DNA of 64,000 bases. Source: Mobula hypostoma. Lineage: Eukaryota. The notes below the pieces were generated by a model, which saw only the letters and a program-made list of their open reading frames with translations, had not been told where the DNA came from and ran no database searches. Location: contig NC_086097.1 in NCBI RefSeq assembly GCF_963921235.1, positions 107,696,001 through 107,760,000 on the forward strand, given 5' to 3'. This document shows, in pieces, positions 35,290 to 48,855 of the stretch. Each line of letters starts with the position of its first letter. Positions within the stretch are counted from its first letter, which is position 1. The translations under genes were made by a program, and so were the position numbers.

Positions 35290-35770
35290 ATTCTGAGAAT
35301 GAAGGGGTTAACATATGAGGAGTGTTTGGCAGCTTTGGGCCTGTACTCACTGGAATTTAGAAGAATGTGTGGGGGGGGTGGGGGGGAATCTCATTGAAAC
35401 CTACCGAATGTTGAAAGGACTAGATGGGGTGGATGTGGAAAGAATGTTTCCTATGGTGGGATATCCAGAACTGGAGGTACAACCTCAAAATTGAGGGGCG
35501 ACCCTTTATAACAAAGGTAAGGAGGAACTTTTTTTTAGCCAGAGGGAAGTAAGTCTATGGAAGGCTCTGCCACAGACTGTGGAGGCCAAGTCTGTGTGTA
35601 TATTTAAGGTGGAAGTTGATCATTTCCTGATTGGTTAGGGCATCAAAGGATATGGCGAGAAGGCAGGTGTATAAGGTTCAGTGGGATCTGGGATCAGCCA
35701 TGAATGAATGGCTGAGCAGATTTGATGGACTGAAAGGCCTAATTCTGCTTCTATGCCTTATAGTCTTATG
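35290..35770 (+). mobile_element. CR1 LINE 3' part
   Basis: [23 protein letters not shown] and a CR1 3' UTR. Confidence 0.85.
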
Positions 35771-35914
35771 ATAGGAAAGGGTTCGAGCCCTAGGTCAACA
35801 TGGGAAGAACTAGTATGGGAATTGTGCATGAACAGAACATGATGTGGAATGGAAGTATAACTTTGCATGAATATGTGGTATTTTATTATTTTTTTAGTTA
35901 GAGTCATCATGGAC

Positions 35915-37365
35915 TCACCTTCACTACTGAGCAGGTGAGAAGGGCTCTGGGGAAACTCAGACTGGATGGTGTGAACCCCTAGGTCCTGAAGGAGTGTGCT
36001 GAGCGGCTGTGTGGAGTTCTCCAGTGTATTTTCAATCTGAGTCCCAGCCCGGAAAGGGTCCTGACTGTGTGTAAAACATCATGTGTGGTCCCAGCACCCA
36101 AAAAGGACCAACTGAATGTCTTGAATGACTACCGTCTAGTGACCCTGACCTCACACATCATGAGAGGCTGGTCCTGGCTCACCTAGAACCCCTGGTCACA
36201 TCAGTCCTCGATCCCCTGCAGTTTGTTACCAGAAGCACATTGTAGTCGACGCTGCTGTCATCTACCTGCTGAACAGAGCTGACTCCCATTTCGATAAGCA
36301 GGGCAGCACTGTGAGGATCATGTTTTCTGATTTCTCAAGTGCCTTCAATACCATACAGCCCTCATTGCTGGGGGGAAAGCTCTGTTTAATTCAGGTTGGC
36401 CCTTCCATTGTATCCTGGATAATGGACTACCTGACTGACAGACCACAGTTTGTGCGGCTTCAGAGCTGTGTGTCAGACATGACTATAAGCAGCACTGGAG
36501 ACCCACAGGGGACTGTATTGGCTCCCTTCCTGTTTACCCTGTGTACCTCGGACTTCAGATACAAAACTGAGTCATGTCATCAACAGAAATTCTCTGATAA
36601 CTTAGCAATAGTGGAGTGTATAAAGGGAGGATGGGAGGATGAGTACAGGGCCCTGGTGGAGGACATTGTCAAATGGTGCAAGCTGAATCATCTGCAGCTC
36701 AACATCGGTTAGACAAAGGAGATGGTGATGGGCTTAAGGAAGACGAAGCCTGAACTGCTCCCTGTTACTATTGATGGTGAGGACCTACAAGCACCTGGGG
36801 GCTGCACTTGGGTGACACACTTGAGTGAAGCACCAACACAGAGGTGTGTACAAGAAGGGCCAGAGTCACCTCTACTTCCTGGAGAGACTGAGGTCCTTTG
36901 GAGTATGCAGGACTCTCCTTCACATGTTCTACCATGTTCTACATGTTGTCGCCAGTACAATCCTCTATGTGGTGGTGTGCTGGGGCAATGACCTCCACAC
37001 AGGTGATGCCAACAGGTTCAATAAACTCATTAGAAAGGCTGGCTCTGTTATAGGAGTCAAAATGGACACACTGGAGGCTGTCATAGAACAAAGGACCCTA
37101 CGGAAAATCCTGGCAATTCTCGACAAGGTTTCTCATCCTCTGCATGCCAGCTTGACTGAACAGAGGAGCACTTTTAGTAATAGACTAAGACAATTGTGCT
37201 ACTCCAAAGAGCTCTCTCTATATGAGGTCATTCTTACCATTGGCTATTAGGCTCAATAATGAGTCAACCTATAGCTGGGAGTGATGACCCCCTCCTGTTA
37301 GACTGTTACTTCTCTTCTAATATTTGTATATCTGTGCACTTGTAATGCTACTGTGACACTAATTT
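35915..37365 (+). mobile_element. Rex1/Babar LINE RT and 3' end
   Basis: LNDYRLVTLTS, RIMFSDFSSAFNTIQP, GDPQGTVLAPFLF and KKGQSHLYFLERLRSF motifs. Confidence 0.9.
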
Positions 37366-38445
37366 CCATAAGACAAAGGAGAAGTCGGTCATTCGGCCCA
37401 TTGAGTCTGCTCCGCCATTTTATCATGAGCTGATCCATTCTCCCATTTAGTCCCACTCCCCTGCCTTCCCACCGTAACCTTTGATGCCCTGGTTACTCAG
37501 ATACCTATCAATTTTTGCCTTAAGTACACCCAATGACTTGGCCTCCACTGCCGCCCGTGGCAACAAATTCCATAGATTCACCACGCTCTGGCTAAAAAAA
37601 ATTTCTTCGCATCTCTGTTCTGAATGGGCGCCCTTCAATCCTTAAGTCATGCCCTCCTAGACACCCCCTTCATAGGAAACAACTTTGCCACATCCACCCT
37701 GTCCATGCCTTTCAACATTCGAAATGTTTCTATAATGCCCCCCCCATTCTTCTAAACCCCAAAGAGTTCAGTCCAGGAGTGGTCAAACGTTCCCTCATAT
37801 GTTAACCCTCTCATTTCCAGAATCATTCTAGTGAATCTTCTCTGAACCCTCTCCAAGGTCAGCACATCCTTTCTTAAATAAGGAGCCCAAAACTGCACAC
37901 AGTACTCCAAGTGCCTTATAGAGCCTCAACATCACATCCCTGCTCCTATATGCTATTCCTCTAGAAATGAATGCCAACATTGCATTCACCTTCTTCACCA
38001 CCGACTCAACCTGGAGGCTAACCTTAGGGGTATCCTGCACGACGACTCCCAAGTCCCGTTGCATCTCAGAACTTTGAATTCTCTCCCCATTTAAATAATA
38101 GTCTGCCCGTTTATTTTTTCTACCAAAGTGCATAACCATACTCTTTCCAACATTGTACTTCATTTGCCACTTCTTTGCCCATTCTTCCAATCTATCCAAG
38201 TCTCTCTGCAGACTCTCTGTTTCATCAGCACTACCGGCCCCTCCACCTACCATCGTATCGTCAGCAAACTTAGCCACAACGCCATCTACTCCATAATCTG
38301 AATTGCTGACGTGCAGCGTGAAAAGAAGAAGCCCCAACACGGACCCCTGTGGAACACCACTGGTAACCGGCAGCCAACCAGAATAGGATCCCTTTATTCC
38401 CACTCTCTGTTTCCTGCCAATCAGCCAACGCTTTATCCACACTCT
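37366..38445 (-). mobile_element. CR1 LINE RT and 3' end
   Basis: [15 protein letters not shown] and LQRDLDRLEEWAKKWQM motifs. Confidence 0.93.
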
Positions 38446-38499
38446 ATCCAACACTCTATCTCTATTAAGCTACTAACCAATACGTACAAGCTTCTTACA

Positions 38500-38565
38500 G
38501 GAATTGAACCCAGATCGCTGGCACTGTAATGCTGTTGTGCTAACCTCTACACTACCATGCTGCCT
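38500..38565 (-). mobile_element. tRNA-derived SINE head
   Basis: A-box-like TAGTGTAGAGG and B-box GGTTCAATTCC on the minus strand. Confidence 0.65.
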
Positions 38566-41500
38566 CATTTGTGGTAATATTCAGTATGAAGTGAGTTTGA
38601 ATTTTAGTGGGTCTTTGCATCATATGAAGTGATTTTGCTGTTGGAATTTTTCGTCAGTATTGAGAGAAACAATAGCAGAATAGATGAAGGAACTGTTTTA
38701 CACCTTCAAAATAAACATTAATATTCAAATAAACATCAATATTTTTGTTTAATTTGTTGTCTAGATGTAAGCAGAGTTGATAAGGCTGCACGGACTAATT
38801 GTTTTTAAGTTACTTGGGAGCACATATTGTGTCAACCACTAAAATTCATTAGCTTTACGTAACTATGTTTCTCTAGATGGCACCAATAAGTGGCGAATCT
38901 TTGCGTGCAGCTCCAATGGGAATCAAATATTCCCGTTTAGGACTACTACAACTAAAATCCACTGTCCCGGCCATTGGTACTTAAGTAAGTAGCATCGTTT
39001 TAAGACATTTATCGATACTCAAAATTGATGGATCCCAGTCTGCAGACTCAGGTCCCGAGTGCAGATCCCCCTTAAGAAAATGGAGGCAGGAAAGGCACGC
39101 TGGGCTACAGGTACAATTGAAACATAGAGGTCTTAGACCTCAACTCCCAACTATGCTGCTGGTGAATGTAAGTAGAAAACTGAAGACCTCAGAGCAAGAT
39201 TGCAGAAATAGAGGTGCATCAGGGTATGCTGTGTAGTTTGCTTCATGGAAACATTGCTCACCGCCACTATCTCAGACCCAGCACTCCAGCACGTTGCTTC
39301 ACAAAGTCTGGACAACTGAGTATTTTAAATGTAAAGGAGGTGGAGTATGCTTTATGATTAACACATCATGGTGAACAGATGTGGCACTTGTGGCTTAATC
39401 CTGCTCATGTGACTTGGAACATCTAGTGGTCAAATGTTGTACATTTTATCTGCTGAGGGAGTCTTCTGCCATCATTCTGGTCGCGGGGTACATTCCATCT
39501 CAGACCAGTGTCAGGCAGCCACTGGAGAAGCTAAGCTTCATAATCAACAGGCATGAAACAGCGCACTCTGTTTCCTACCCCATCATTGAAATCCTCCACA
39601 ACCAGGCCAACTTGAAGAGGTCTCTGAAAAACTACCACCAACCTATCACCTGTGGAACCAGAAGAACCAACACTGTTATATAACCATATAACAATTACAG
39701 CACGGAAACAGGCCATCTCGGCCCTTCTAGTCCATGCCAAACTTTTACTCTCACCTAGTCCCACCGAACTGCACTCAGCCCATAACCCTCCATTCCTTTC
39801 CTGTCCATATATCTATCCAATTTAACTTTAAATGACAACATCGAACCTACCTCAACCACTTCTGCTGTCAAAAATGCTGACCATGCCAACCCGCACCCAC
39901 ACTTTGGAAAGTCCAATCACCTGGCTGTACTTTTACTCCTGGCATTCAGGCAGAGACTAAAGACCGCAACACCAGTGGTGAGGACCAAGAATGCATCATC
40001 AAGGGTAGAAGAGGGGCACTTACAGTACTGATTTGAACCGGTGGACTGGACAATATTCAGGCATACATCTTCGAATCTGAATGTCACAGACTTCATGAAG
40101 GTCTGTGTGGCTGAGTGTATGCTTGCAGGAACATACCAGGCATCCCCAATCAAATGCCATGGATGAACCAGAAGATTTGTAGTCTGCTGAGGGATAGATC
40201 TGTGGCATTCAACACTGTTGATCCAGAACTACACATGAAGTCCAGATCCAAGTTTATTTTTCTGATTGAAGTTAGAGATGGAATCGGATGCACATCAGCT
40301 CTGGCAGTGTTTGCAGGCTATTAGTTCCTTAATAACAAAACCTAATGTCAAGAAGATCAGGGTGAGCTGCCTCAATGACCATCACCCAGTTACTCACATC
40401 TACTGTGATGAAGTGCTTTGAGAGGTTGGTCATGGCCAGATCAACGCCTGCCTGAGCAGAGACCTGGACCTGCTGCAATTTGCCTGTTGCCGCAATAAGC
40501 AATTAGTAGATGCAAACTCATTGGCTCTCCACTCAGTCTTGTATTATCTGACAATAACAACACTTACATTAGGCTTTTTTTATTGATTAGAGCTCAGCAT
40601 TCAAAACAACAATAACCCCTGTTCTAATTAACAAGCTCCAAAACCTAGGCCTCTGTATCTCTCCCTGCAATGAGATCCTTGGCTTCCTCATCGGGAGAAA
40701 AAGTCTACACTGTTACGTAAATGGCAACAATGAATATCAATCGAGACAGGTTATATAAAAACAACCAAATATTTATTAAACACATATAAACGATAAGGGA
40801 AAAAACCAAAAGAAAACTTTAACTGGAAGTTAACAGATATGCAGCTGTTCACCGACTCGTCACTTGGCTCTGGTTCTTAAAGCGTTAAAGGCGAAAACAG
40901 TTCTTAAAGCAATACAGTCAGATATAGTTCTTAAAGCAATAACTTCGAAAGTCCAACAGTTTTACACATTCAATTGGGGGAGACTTCTCTGGAGAAGGAT
41001 TTCTTCACAGACGCACCTTTACTGCTGGTTCTGTCCACAGGATTCACGATGCCGAAAATAAACAGTTTACATCAACTGACCTTAAAATCCTTCAGAGAGA
41101 GAGAGAGCACCTTTTTGCATGAACTCCTTGCTCTTTCTGGCAAGAGTTATCTCGATGCAGGTACTCCTCCAACGAAGACTCAATAAGGTCGATTCTTTAT
41201 TAAACTGCCAAACGATGCCGACTTCTCTCGATCGTTCGATAAATTCTTCACTCTCCTTTCAACTGTTGGAATTGAGTAAATTGGCACATCCAGCCACAAA
41301 TTTCCAGTCCAAATAATATGAAATCTTTAAACAGAACGCACAACTGTTTTAAAAATGAAACTGCGTCACAAAAACAAACACGCAACAGAAAGGGAGATAC
41401 AGCACATTCTACCTGGAAATCTACAAACTTAAAAACCCTACTGCATCACCTGAGTCGACCCTTATAGAGTCACGGGGCACATGTCATCACGTGACCTCAC

Positions 41501-41781
41501 ATCGGCGGGAAAATCATATCAGGTGACCTCCAAAAGACCATTACATCATTGTCACAGAAAAACGGATCTCCTTGAGCATGTAACACCTCCCTCCAAAAAA
41601 ATTTTGTTCTCTGAAGAACAAAATTTTAACAATTTATACAAAAAAAATAGAAAGGTATAAAATTTACAAAATACACAATATATACAATCTTATCTTTCAG
41701 CCCTTTACAAACTAATGTACAGTAGGAATGTTACAAATGTTAAACTATCACTCCAAAAAAAAACAAATTTTCATTGTACAT

Positions 41782-42981
41782 TTAACATCTAGACAAACAA
41801 TCAGCGATCACATTGTCTTCACCCTTAATATGAGTGATCAAAATATTGTATTCCTGTAACATTAAACTCCAATTTAATAATCTTCTATTTTTGTTTTTCA
41901 TCTTGCTTAAAAACACTAATGGATTGTGATCGGTATAAACTGTGAGTGGTTTATGCGTAGAACCAATATACACTTCAAAATGTTGCAAAGCTAAAACAAG
42001 AGATAACAATTCTTTTTCCATTGTTAAATAATTTCTTTGACAGGCATTACATTTCTTAGAAAAATAAGCGACCGGACGATCAACTTCATCACCATCATCT
42101 CTTTGAAGCAACACTGCTCCTGCAGCTTCATCACTAGCATCTACAGCTAACAAAAATAGTTTTTCAAAGTCAGGAGATTTAAGTACAGGTTGACTACATA
42201 ATATAGCTTTCAATTTATCAAATGCCTCCTGACAAGACTCTGTCCAAACAAACTTCTAATTTTTCTTCAAGAGATTAGTTAATGGAAGAGCAATATCCTA
42301 CCATACCCAAGAATCTTCTGAGAGTTTTCTACCAGTGGGAGTGGGTACTTCTAAAATTGCCTGAACTTTTGCTTGAACAGGTGCTAAATTTCCCTGACCC
42401 ACAACATAACCAAGGTAAGTCGCTGTGACATGCCCAAATTCACTTTTAGCTAAGTTAATAGTTAAGTTAGCTTTTGAAAGTCTCTCAAATAATTTCTCCA
42501 CCGCCGCATTATGTGCTTTCCACGTATGATTTCCTGTAACCCGATCATCAATATAGGCATCTGTATCTTTTAATCCCTGAATCACACTATTAATCATCCT
42601 CAGAAAAGTACTTGGTGCATTCTTCATCCCAAATGGAAGAACATTATATTCATATAACCCAGATGGGGTTACAAATGCTGAAATCTCTCTACCCGTATCT
42701 GTCAATGGAACACACCAATAACCTTTTAACAAATCAATTTTTGTAAGGAATTTGGCCTGTCCAACTTTATCCACACAATCATCTACTCTAGGGATTGGAT
42801 ATGCATCAGTTTTTGTCACAGCATTCACCTTTCTGTAATCTGTACAAAACCTAATACTATTGTCTGGTTTAGGCACCATAACACACGGTGAACTCCAATT
42901 CAAATTAGAATGTCTAATAATATCATTCTCTAACATGTACTTAATTTCCTGTTCAGCAAGTTCACATTTTTCCCTGTTCAT
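41782..42981 (-). pseudogene. pol: RT and RNase H (frameshifted)
   Basis: RFCTDYRKVN, IDLLKGYW, PFGMKNAP, YIDD; VDASD, EKELL and TDHNPL. Confidence 0.95.
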
Positions 42982-43103
42982 TCGATATGGGTGTTGTTTT
43001 ATGGGTTTTGCATCTCCAACATCTACATCATGTGTAGCTACAGTGGTTCTTCTAGGGACGTCTGGAAATAAATCTCTATATTTAAAAACTGTTTAAAACT
43101 GTT

Positions 43104-44778
43104 TCATCTGCTCTGTCTGTCTGGCTGTAAATGAGCTAATTTTTCATCAATATTTTCCAGAATTTTTGAATTTGGTAACCTGGCTGAAATAATGTTGGGT
43201 TTAAAATGAGTTTTGGATGAATCCTCCAGTAAGTTTTCATCAAGATCAGACTCATTATTGATCACAACAGTCATAGTAGCAACTTCTCTCTCATAATACG
43301 GTTTTATCATATGTATATATGACACAGCTGTGTTGTCTTCCTCTGATCAGGGGTTTTTACTACATAATCCACCTCATTTATCTTAGATTTAATCTCATAA
43401 GGACCATGGAATTTGGCTTGTAATGGGTTTGTTTGCACTGGGAAGAGAACCAACACCTTATCTCCAGGCTTAAATGACCTCATCCTAGCTTCCTTATCAT
43501 GCCACGTCTTCATCTTCACTTGAGCTAACTTAAATTTTCCTTGGCCAAACTACAAGCTTTGTACAAACTGTCTTTAAATTTCAAAACATAATCTAGCAAA
43601 TTAGTGTGTACTTCTTTATTAATCCACTGTTCCTTCAGCAAGGCCAAAGGTCCTTGAACTCTATGTCCAAACACAAGTTCAAAAGGACTAAAACCTAATG
43701 AATCCTGTACTGCTTCCTGTACTGCAAAAAGTAGTACATGTATACCTTCATCCCAGTCCTTTTCATTTTCTACACAATATGTCCTAATCATAGTTTTAGC
43801 GTAGAATGAAATCTCTTGTGATTCTGGATGATAGGCTGAGGAAATAATCTGTTTTGCTCCCAGTTTATGAACTATTTGCTGAAACAACCCAGACATAAAA
43901 TTACTACCTTCATCTGATTGTATTTCCTTAGGCAACCCAAAATAAGTGAAGAATTTTATAAGAGCTTTTGTCACAGTTTTGGCTGTTATATTCCTAAGAG
44001 GTACTGCCTCTGGAAACCTAGACGCTGTGCACATAATAGTTAATAAATATTGATGTCCAGTTTTAGTTTTTGGCAATGGACCTACAATGATTTTGGAGAA
44101 CGGCTCACCGAATACTGGAATTGGTTGCATTGGGGCCACTAGAGTAACCTGATTAGGTTTACCAACAATTTGACACGAATGACACGTTCTACAAAATGTC
44201 ACCACATCTTGTCTTAAACTAGGCCAATAAAAATGTTTAGAAACTTTGTTCATAGTTTTCTTTACCCCTAAATGACCACCCAAAGTAACACTATGAGCCA
44301 TAGTCAAAATCTCATTTTGGTAAATTTTAGGAACAACAACCTGATGATTAACTTCCCATTCCTCACTAGCAGGAATTGTAGGCGATCTCCACTTTCTCAT
44401 TAATACCCCCTTTTCAAAATAATATCCAACTGGTACTTTTTCAATTTCACTGTCTGGAAGAGCTTGTTCTTTTAATTTAACTATCTCAGGATCTCTACCC
44501 TGCTCTGCTATCATCTCCTTCTGAGATAAAGACAAATCTTGCTGATCAGACGTACCACCAGAATCCTGATCAAATAAGGTAGGTAAGAAAGTTTCTGATA
44601 AATCCTCAAAATTCGAATCTTGATTTGAACTGTCATGGGTAACAACCTCATCCTTTACATCAGTCTTTTCAGCCATAGCTCTTGTTAGATCACAGGAAGA
44701 ATCTGTGTTAGTATCTCTCTGTGGTTCCTCAGAATTTGAATTGATTGTCAAATGCACTTGCAGGAAAAACTTGTCCAC
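43104..44778 (-). pseudogene. pol: Integrase (HHCC zinc finger, damaged core, GPY/F module) upstream of RT
   Basis: AHSVTLGGHLG..CRTCHSC, IQSDEGSNF, YHPESQ and FHGPYEI; stops and small deletions. Confidence 0.93.
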
Positions 44779-46286
44779 CTGCTAGATCATTCCCTAACAA
44801 AAGAGAAACATCATTCACAGGTAAATTGGATTGTAATCCTACTTTAACAACCCCTGTAACTAAACCTAACCTTAAATTTACTCTGTGTAAATGTACTGGC
44901 ATAAGGGCAGTCCCTACTCCGCTTATATGATTTACCTCACCAATGTCAGACTCATCACTAGACCTTAGCACACTGTCTAATATTAGTGATTGTGAAGCTC
45001 CAGTATCTCTAAGTATTCTCATTGGTACTGCATTGGATCCTTCATCCAAGGATACAAATCCTTCTGTTATAAAAGCTTCATATCCCTTCTTAAATTGGTC
45101 AGACTCTGACACATCTTCATTAATATTTTCTAAACCCTGTGGTTTTACAGGTTTTCCAATATGCTGCACACAAGCATCTGGGGCCACTTCTTTCTCTTTC
45201 CGTTTCAATCGGAAGCAATTAGCCACTACATGTCCAGGTTTCTTACAATAATTACAAATAATACCAAAATGTCTTTCCTTCACAGGTCTCCCTTCATCCT
45301 TACTTTTCTCACTAACTTCAGATTTAATGTCTGATTTACCTTGACTCTCTGTGCTAGTTTTCCTTTTAAAAATTTTACCTGGAGAAAATTTATTCTTGTG
45401 AATTAAAACATACTCATCAGCCAATTTAGCAATCTCCTGCAAAGTAGCAGTGTCCCGTTCATTTAAGTATGTTCTCACTTCAACAGGAATGCTTCTTTTA
45501 AATTCCTCCTGCAAAATCAGCTCTTTTAATTTATTATACTCCTCATTCACATTTTTAGGAAACCCATCTCTCAAAACACACAGATTTCTCATAGGCAAAC
45601 TCCACGTAAGTTTTTTCCACCGATTTCTTCAAACTTCTAAATCTTTCTTTATACGCTTCCGGAACCATCTCATATGCCTTTAATATTTGCTGTTTAACAA
45701 TATCATAATCCAGTGCTTGCTCAGCGTTTAAAACTGTATAAACTTGTTGTGCCTTGCCTTTAATTACACTTTGTAACATCACCGGCCATTGGTCTTTCGG
45801 CCACTTGAAACTCAGAGCAACTGTTTCGAAATGTTGGAAATATGTATCCACATCAGTTTCATTAAATGGAGGAGCCAAAACAACCTCACGACTAGCAATA
45901 AATTGTTTCGTAGAACCAGAAGACTGATTCCCAGACCTTACTTTCTCCATCTCTAGCTCAAACTTCCTCTGGTTTTCAGCTTCTCTTTCTTTCATTTCGA
46001 CTTTAAATCTTTCAAACTTTAACTGTTCAAGATGCAACTGCATTTCCAGATTACTCATTGGAAACTTCTCTAACACCTCCTCATCAAAATATTCCAAATT
46101 AATATAATGTTCAGCAATTTCCCTTTGTATGAAATCCTTGGTGGAATTTCTCGTAATTCCTTTAATAACCAACTTCCTAGCAATCTCCAATACCACAGGT
46201 TTTCTCGCATTCTCTAAAAATCCCGAGTCAGGTGTCTTCAAGAACCCATCAATATCCATTGTTGCCGAATACAGCACACACACCAA
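44729..46286 (-). pseudogene. gag: Gag (SCAN-like capsid region, CCHC knuckle) plus protease, frameshifted near 45560-45600
   Basis: YFQHFE..W, LKELILQEEF..LADEY, CNYCKKPGHVVANC, LRDTGASQS and LLGNDL. Confidence 0.93.
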
Positions 46287-46366
46287 TCAAACCAAAAAAA
46301 ATTGCGTATTTCCCTTTTCCAAATCAAAATGGCAATTACCAGCACTTAAACTCAAAATGGGAACAT

Positions 46367-46384
46367 ATCCTGGATGAGCCCCCA
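46367..46384 (-). promoter_or_regulatory. Primer-binding site, tRNA-Pro type
   Basis: TGGGGGCTCATCCAGGAT versus canonical TGGGGGCTCGTCCGGGAT, 7 bp from the 5' LTR. Confidence 0.9.
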
Positions 46385-47429
46385 CAAATTATGTTACATA
46401 AATGGCAACAATGAATATCAATCGAGACAGGTTATATAAAAACAATCAAACATTTATTAAACACGTATAAACGATAAGGGAAAAAAAGAAGGAAAACTTT
46501 AACCGAAAGTTAATAGGTACGCAGCCGTTCACCAACTCGCCACTCGGCTCTGGTTCTTAAAGCGTTAAAGGCGAAAACAGTTCTTAAAGCGATACCGTCA
46601 GATATAGTTCTTAAAGCAATAACTTCAAAAGTCCAACAGTTTTACACATTCAATTGGAAGAGACTTCTCTGGAGAAGGATTTCTTCACAGACGCACCTTT
46701 ACTGCTGGTTCTGTCCACAGGATTCACGATGCGGAAAATAAGCAGTTTAAATCAACTGACCTTAAATTCCTTTGGAGAGAGAGAGAGCACCTTTTTGCAT
46801 GAACTCTTTGCTCTTTCTGGCAAGAGTTATCTCGATGCAGGTACTCCTCCAACGAAGACTCAATAAGGTTGATTCTTTATTAAACTGCCAAATGACGCCG
46901 ACTTCTCTCAATCCTTCGATAAATTCTTCACTCTCCCTTCAACTGTTGGAATTGAGTAAATTGGCACATCCAGCCACAAATTTCTAGTCCAAATAATATG
47001 GAATCTTTCAACAGAACGCACAACTGTTTTAAAAATGAAACTGCGTCACAAAACCAAACGCAACAGAAATGGAGACACAGCACGTTCTACCTGGAAAACT
47101 ACAAACTTAAAAACCCTACTGCATCACCTGAGTCGACCCTTATAGAGTCACGGGGCACATGTCATCACGTGACCTCACATCAGCGGCAAAATAACATCAG
47201 GTGACCTCCAAAAGACCATTACAGCGTTATCACTAAAAAAAAAACAGATCTCCTTGAGCATGTAACAATACAGATCAGAAAAAACATCTCCACCTTGCTG
47301 ACCATCAACCCTGGCACACCGCAGTGTTGTGTGCTTGGCCCACTAGTCTATTCTCTTTACACCCATGATTATGTGTCTAGGAGGAGCTCAAATGCCATCT
47401 ATAAATTTGCCAATGACACAACTAACACA

Positions 47430-48855
47430 ACTATGTTGTTCCGTTGTTTAAAAAAGGATCGAAAAGTAATCCAGGAAATTATAGGCCAGTAAATTTAATA
47501 TTGGTAGTAGGTAAGTTATTGGAGGGAGTACTAAGAGACAGAATCTACAAGCATTTGGATAGACAGGGACTTATTAGGGACAGTCAACATAGCTTTGTGC
47601 GTGGTAGGTCATGTTTGACCAATCTATTGGAGTTTTTCGAGGAGGTTACCAGGAAAGTGGATGAAGGGAAGGCAGTGGATATTGTCTACATGGACTTCAG
47701 TAAGGCCTTTGACAGGGTCCCACATGGGAGGTTAGTTAGGAAAATTCAGTCGCTAAGTATACATGGAGAGGTGGTAAATTGGATTAGACATTGGCTCAAT
47801 GGAAGAAGCCAAAGAGTGGTAGTAGAGAATTGCTTCTCTGAGTGGAGGCCTGTGACTAGTGGTGTGCCACAGGGATCAGTGCTGGGTCTATTGTTATTTG
47901 TCATCTATATCAATGCTCTGGATGATAATGTGGTAAATTGGATCAGCAAATTTGCTGATGATACAAAGATTGGAGGTGTAGTAGACAGTGAGGAAGGTTT
48001 TCAGAACCTGCAGAGGGACTTGGGCCAGCTGGAAAAATGGGCTGAAAAATAGCAGATGGAGTTTAATACAGACAAGTGTGAGGTATTGCATGTTGGAAGG
48101 ACAAACCAAGGTAGAACATACAGGGTTAATGGTAAGGCACTGAGGAGTGCAATGGAACAGAGGGATCTGGGAATACAGATACAAAATTCCCTAAAAGTGG
48201 CATCACAGGTAGATAGGGTCGTAAAGAGAGCTTTTGGTACATTGGCCTTTATTAATCAAAGTATTGAGTATAAGAGCTGGAATGTTATGATGAGGTTGTA
48301 TAAGGCTGAATCTGGAGTATTGTGTTCAGTTTTGGTCACCAAATTACAGGAAGGATATAAATAAGGTTGAAGGAGTGCAGAGAAGGTTTACAAGGATGTT
48401 GCCGGGACTTGAGAAACTCAGTTACAGAGAAAGGTTGAATAGGTTAGGACTTTATTCCCTGGAGCGTAGAAGAATGAGGGGAGATTTGATAGAGGTATAT
48501 AAAATTATGATGGGTATAGATAGAGTGAATGCAAGCAGGCTTTTTCCACTGAGGCAAGGGGAGAAACAAACCAGAGGACATGGGTTAAGGGTGAGGGGGG
48601 AAAAGTTTAAAGGGAACATTAGGGGGGGCTTCTTCACACAGAGTGTGGTGGGAGTATGGAATGAGCTGCCAGACGAGGTGGTAAATGCGGGTTCTTTTTT
48701 AACATTTAAGAATAAGTTGGACAGATACATGGATGGGAGGTGTATGGAGGGATATGGTCCGCGTGCAGGTCAGTGGGACAAGGTAGAAAATGGTTCGGCA
48801 CAGCCAAGAAGGGCCAAAAGGCCTGTTTCTGTGCTGTAGTTTCTATGGTTTCTAT
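47430..48855 (+). mobile_element. CR1 LINE RT and 3' end
   Basis: ORFs 47444..48839 carry canonical CR1 motifs and a TTTCTA tail. Confidence 0.95.

Larger units (their letters stand above)
40711..47267 (-). mobile_element. Full-length Gmr1-type Gypsy LTR retrotransposon (LTRs 46392-47267 and 40711-41585)
   Basis: Two ~875-bp direct repeats with TGTTAC..GTAACA ends, a PBS, a PPT (41586-41594) and domain order gag-PR-IN-RT-RH; 4-bp flanks ACAC / ATAC. Confidence 0.97.

Noticed and set aside
35062..35397. 111-aa plus-strand ORF
   Set aside because: It is a chimera of an antisense DNA-transposon end and a CR1 fragment.
38500..38565. tRNA gene (also 57206-57387)
   Set aside because: A and B boxes are present but no full cloverleaf was evident, and the context indicates SINE heads.
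40711..47267. Copia element or endogenous retrovirus, suggested by the IN-before-RT order and Pro PBS
   Set aside because: The RT and RNase H motifs are Gypsy-type, a GPY/F module is present, and there is no room for env between RNase H and the 3' LTR.
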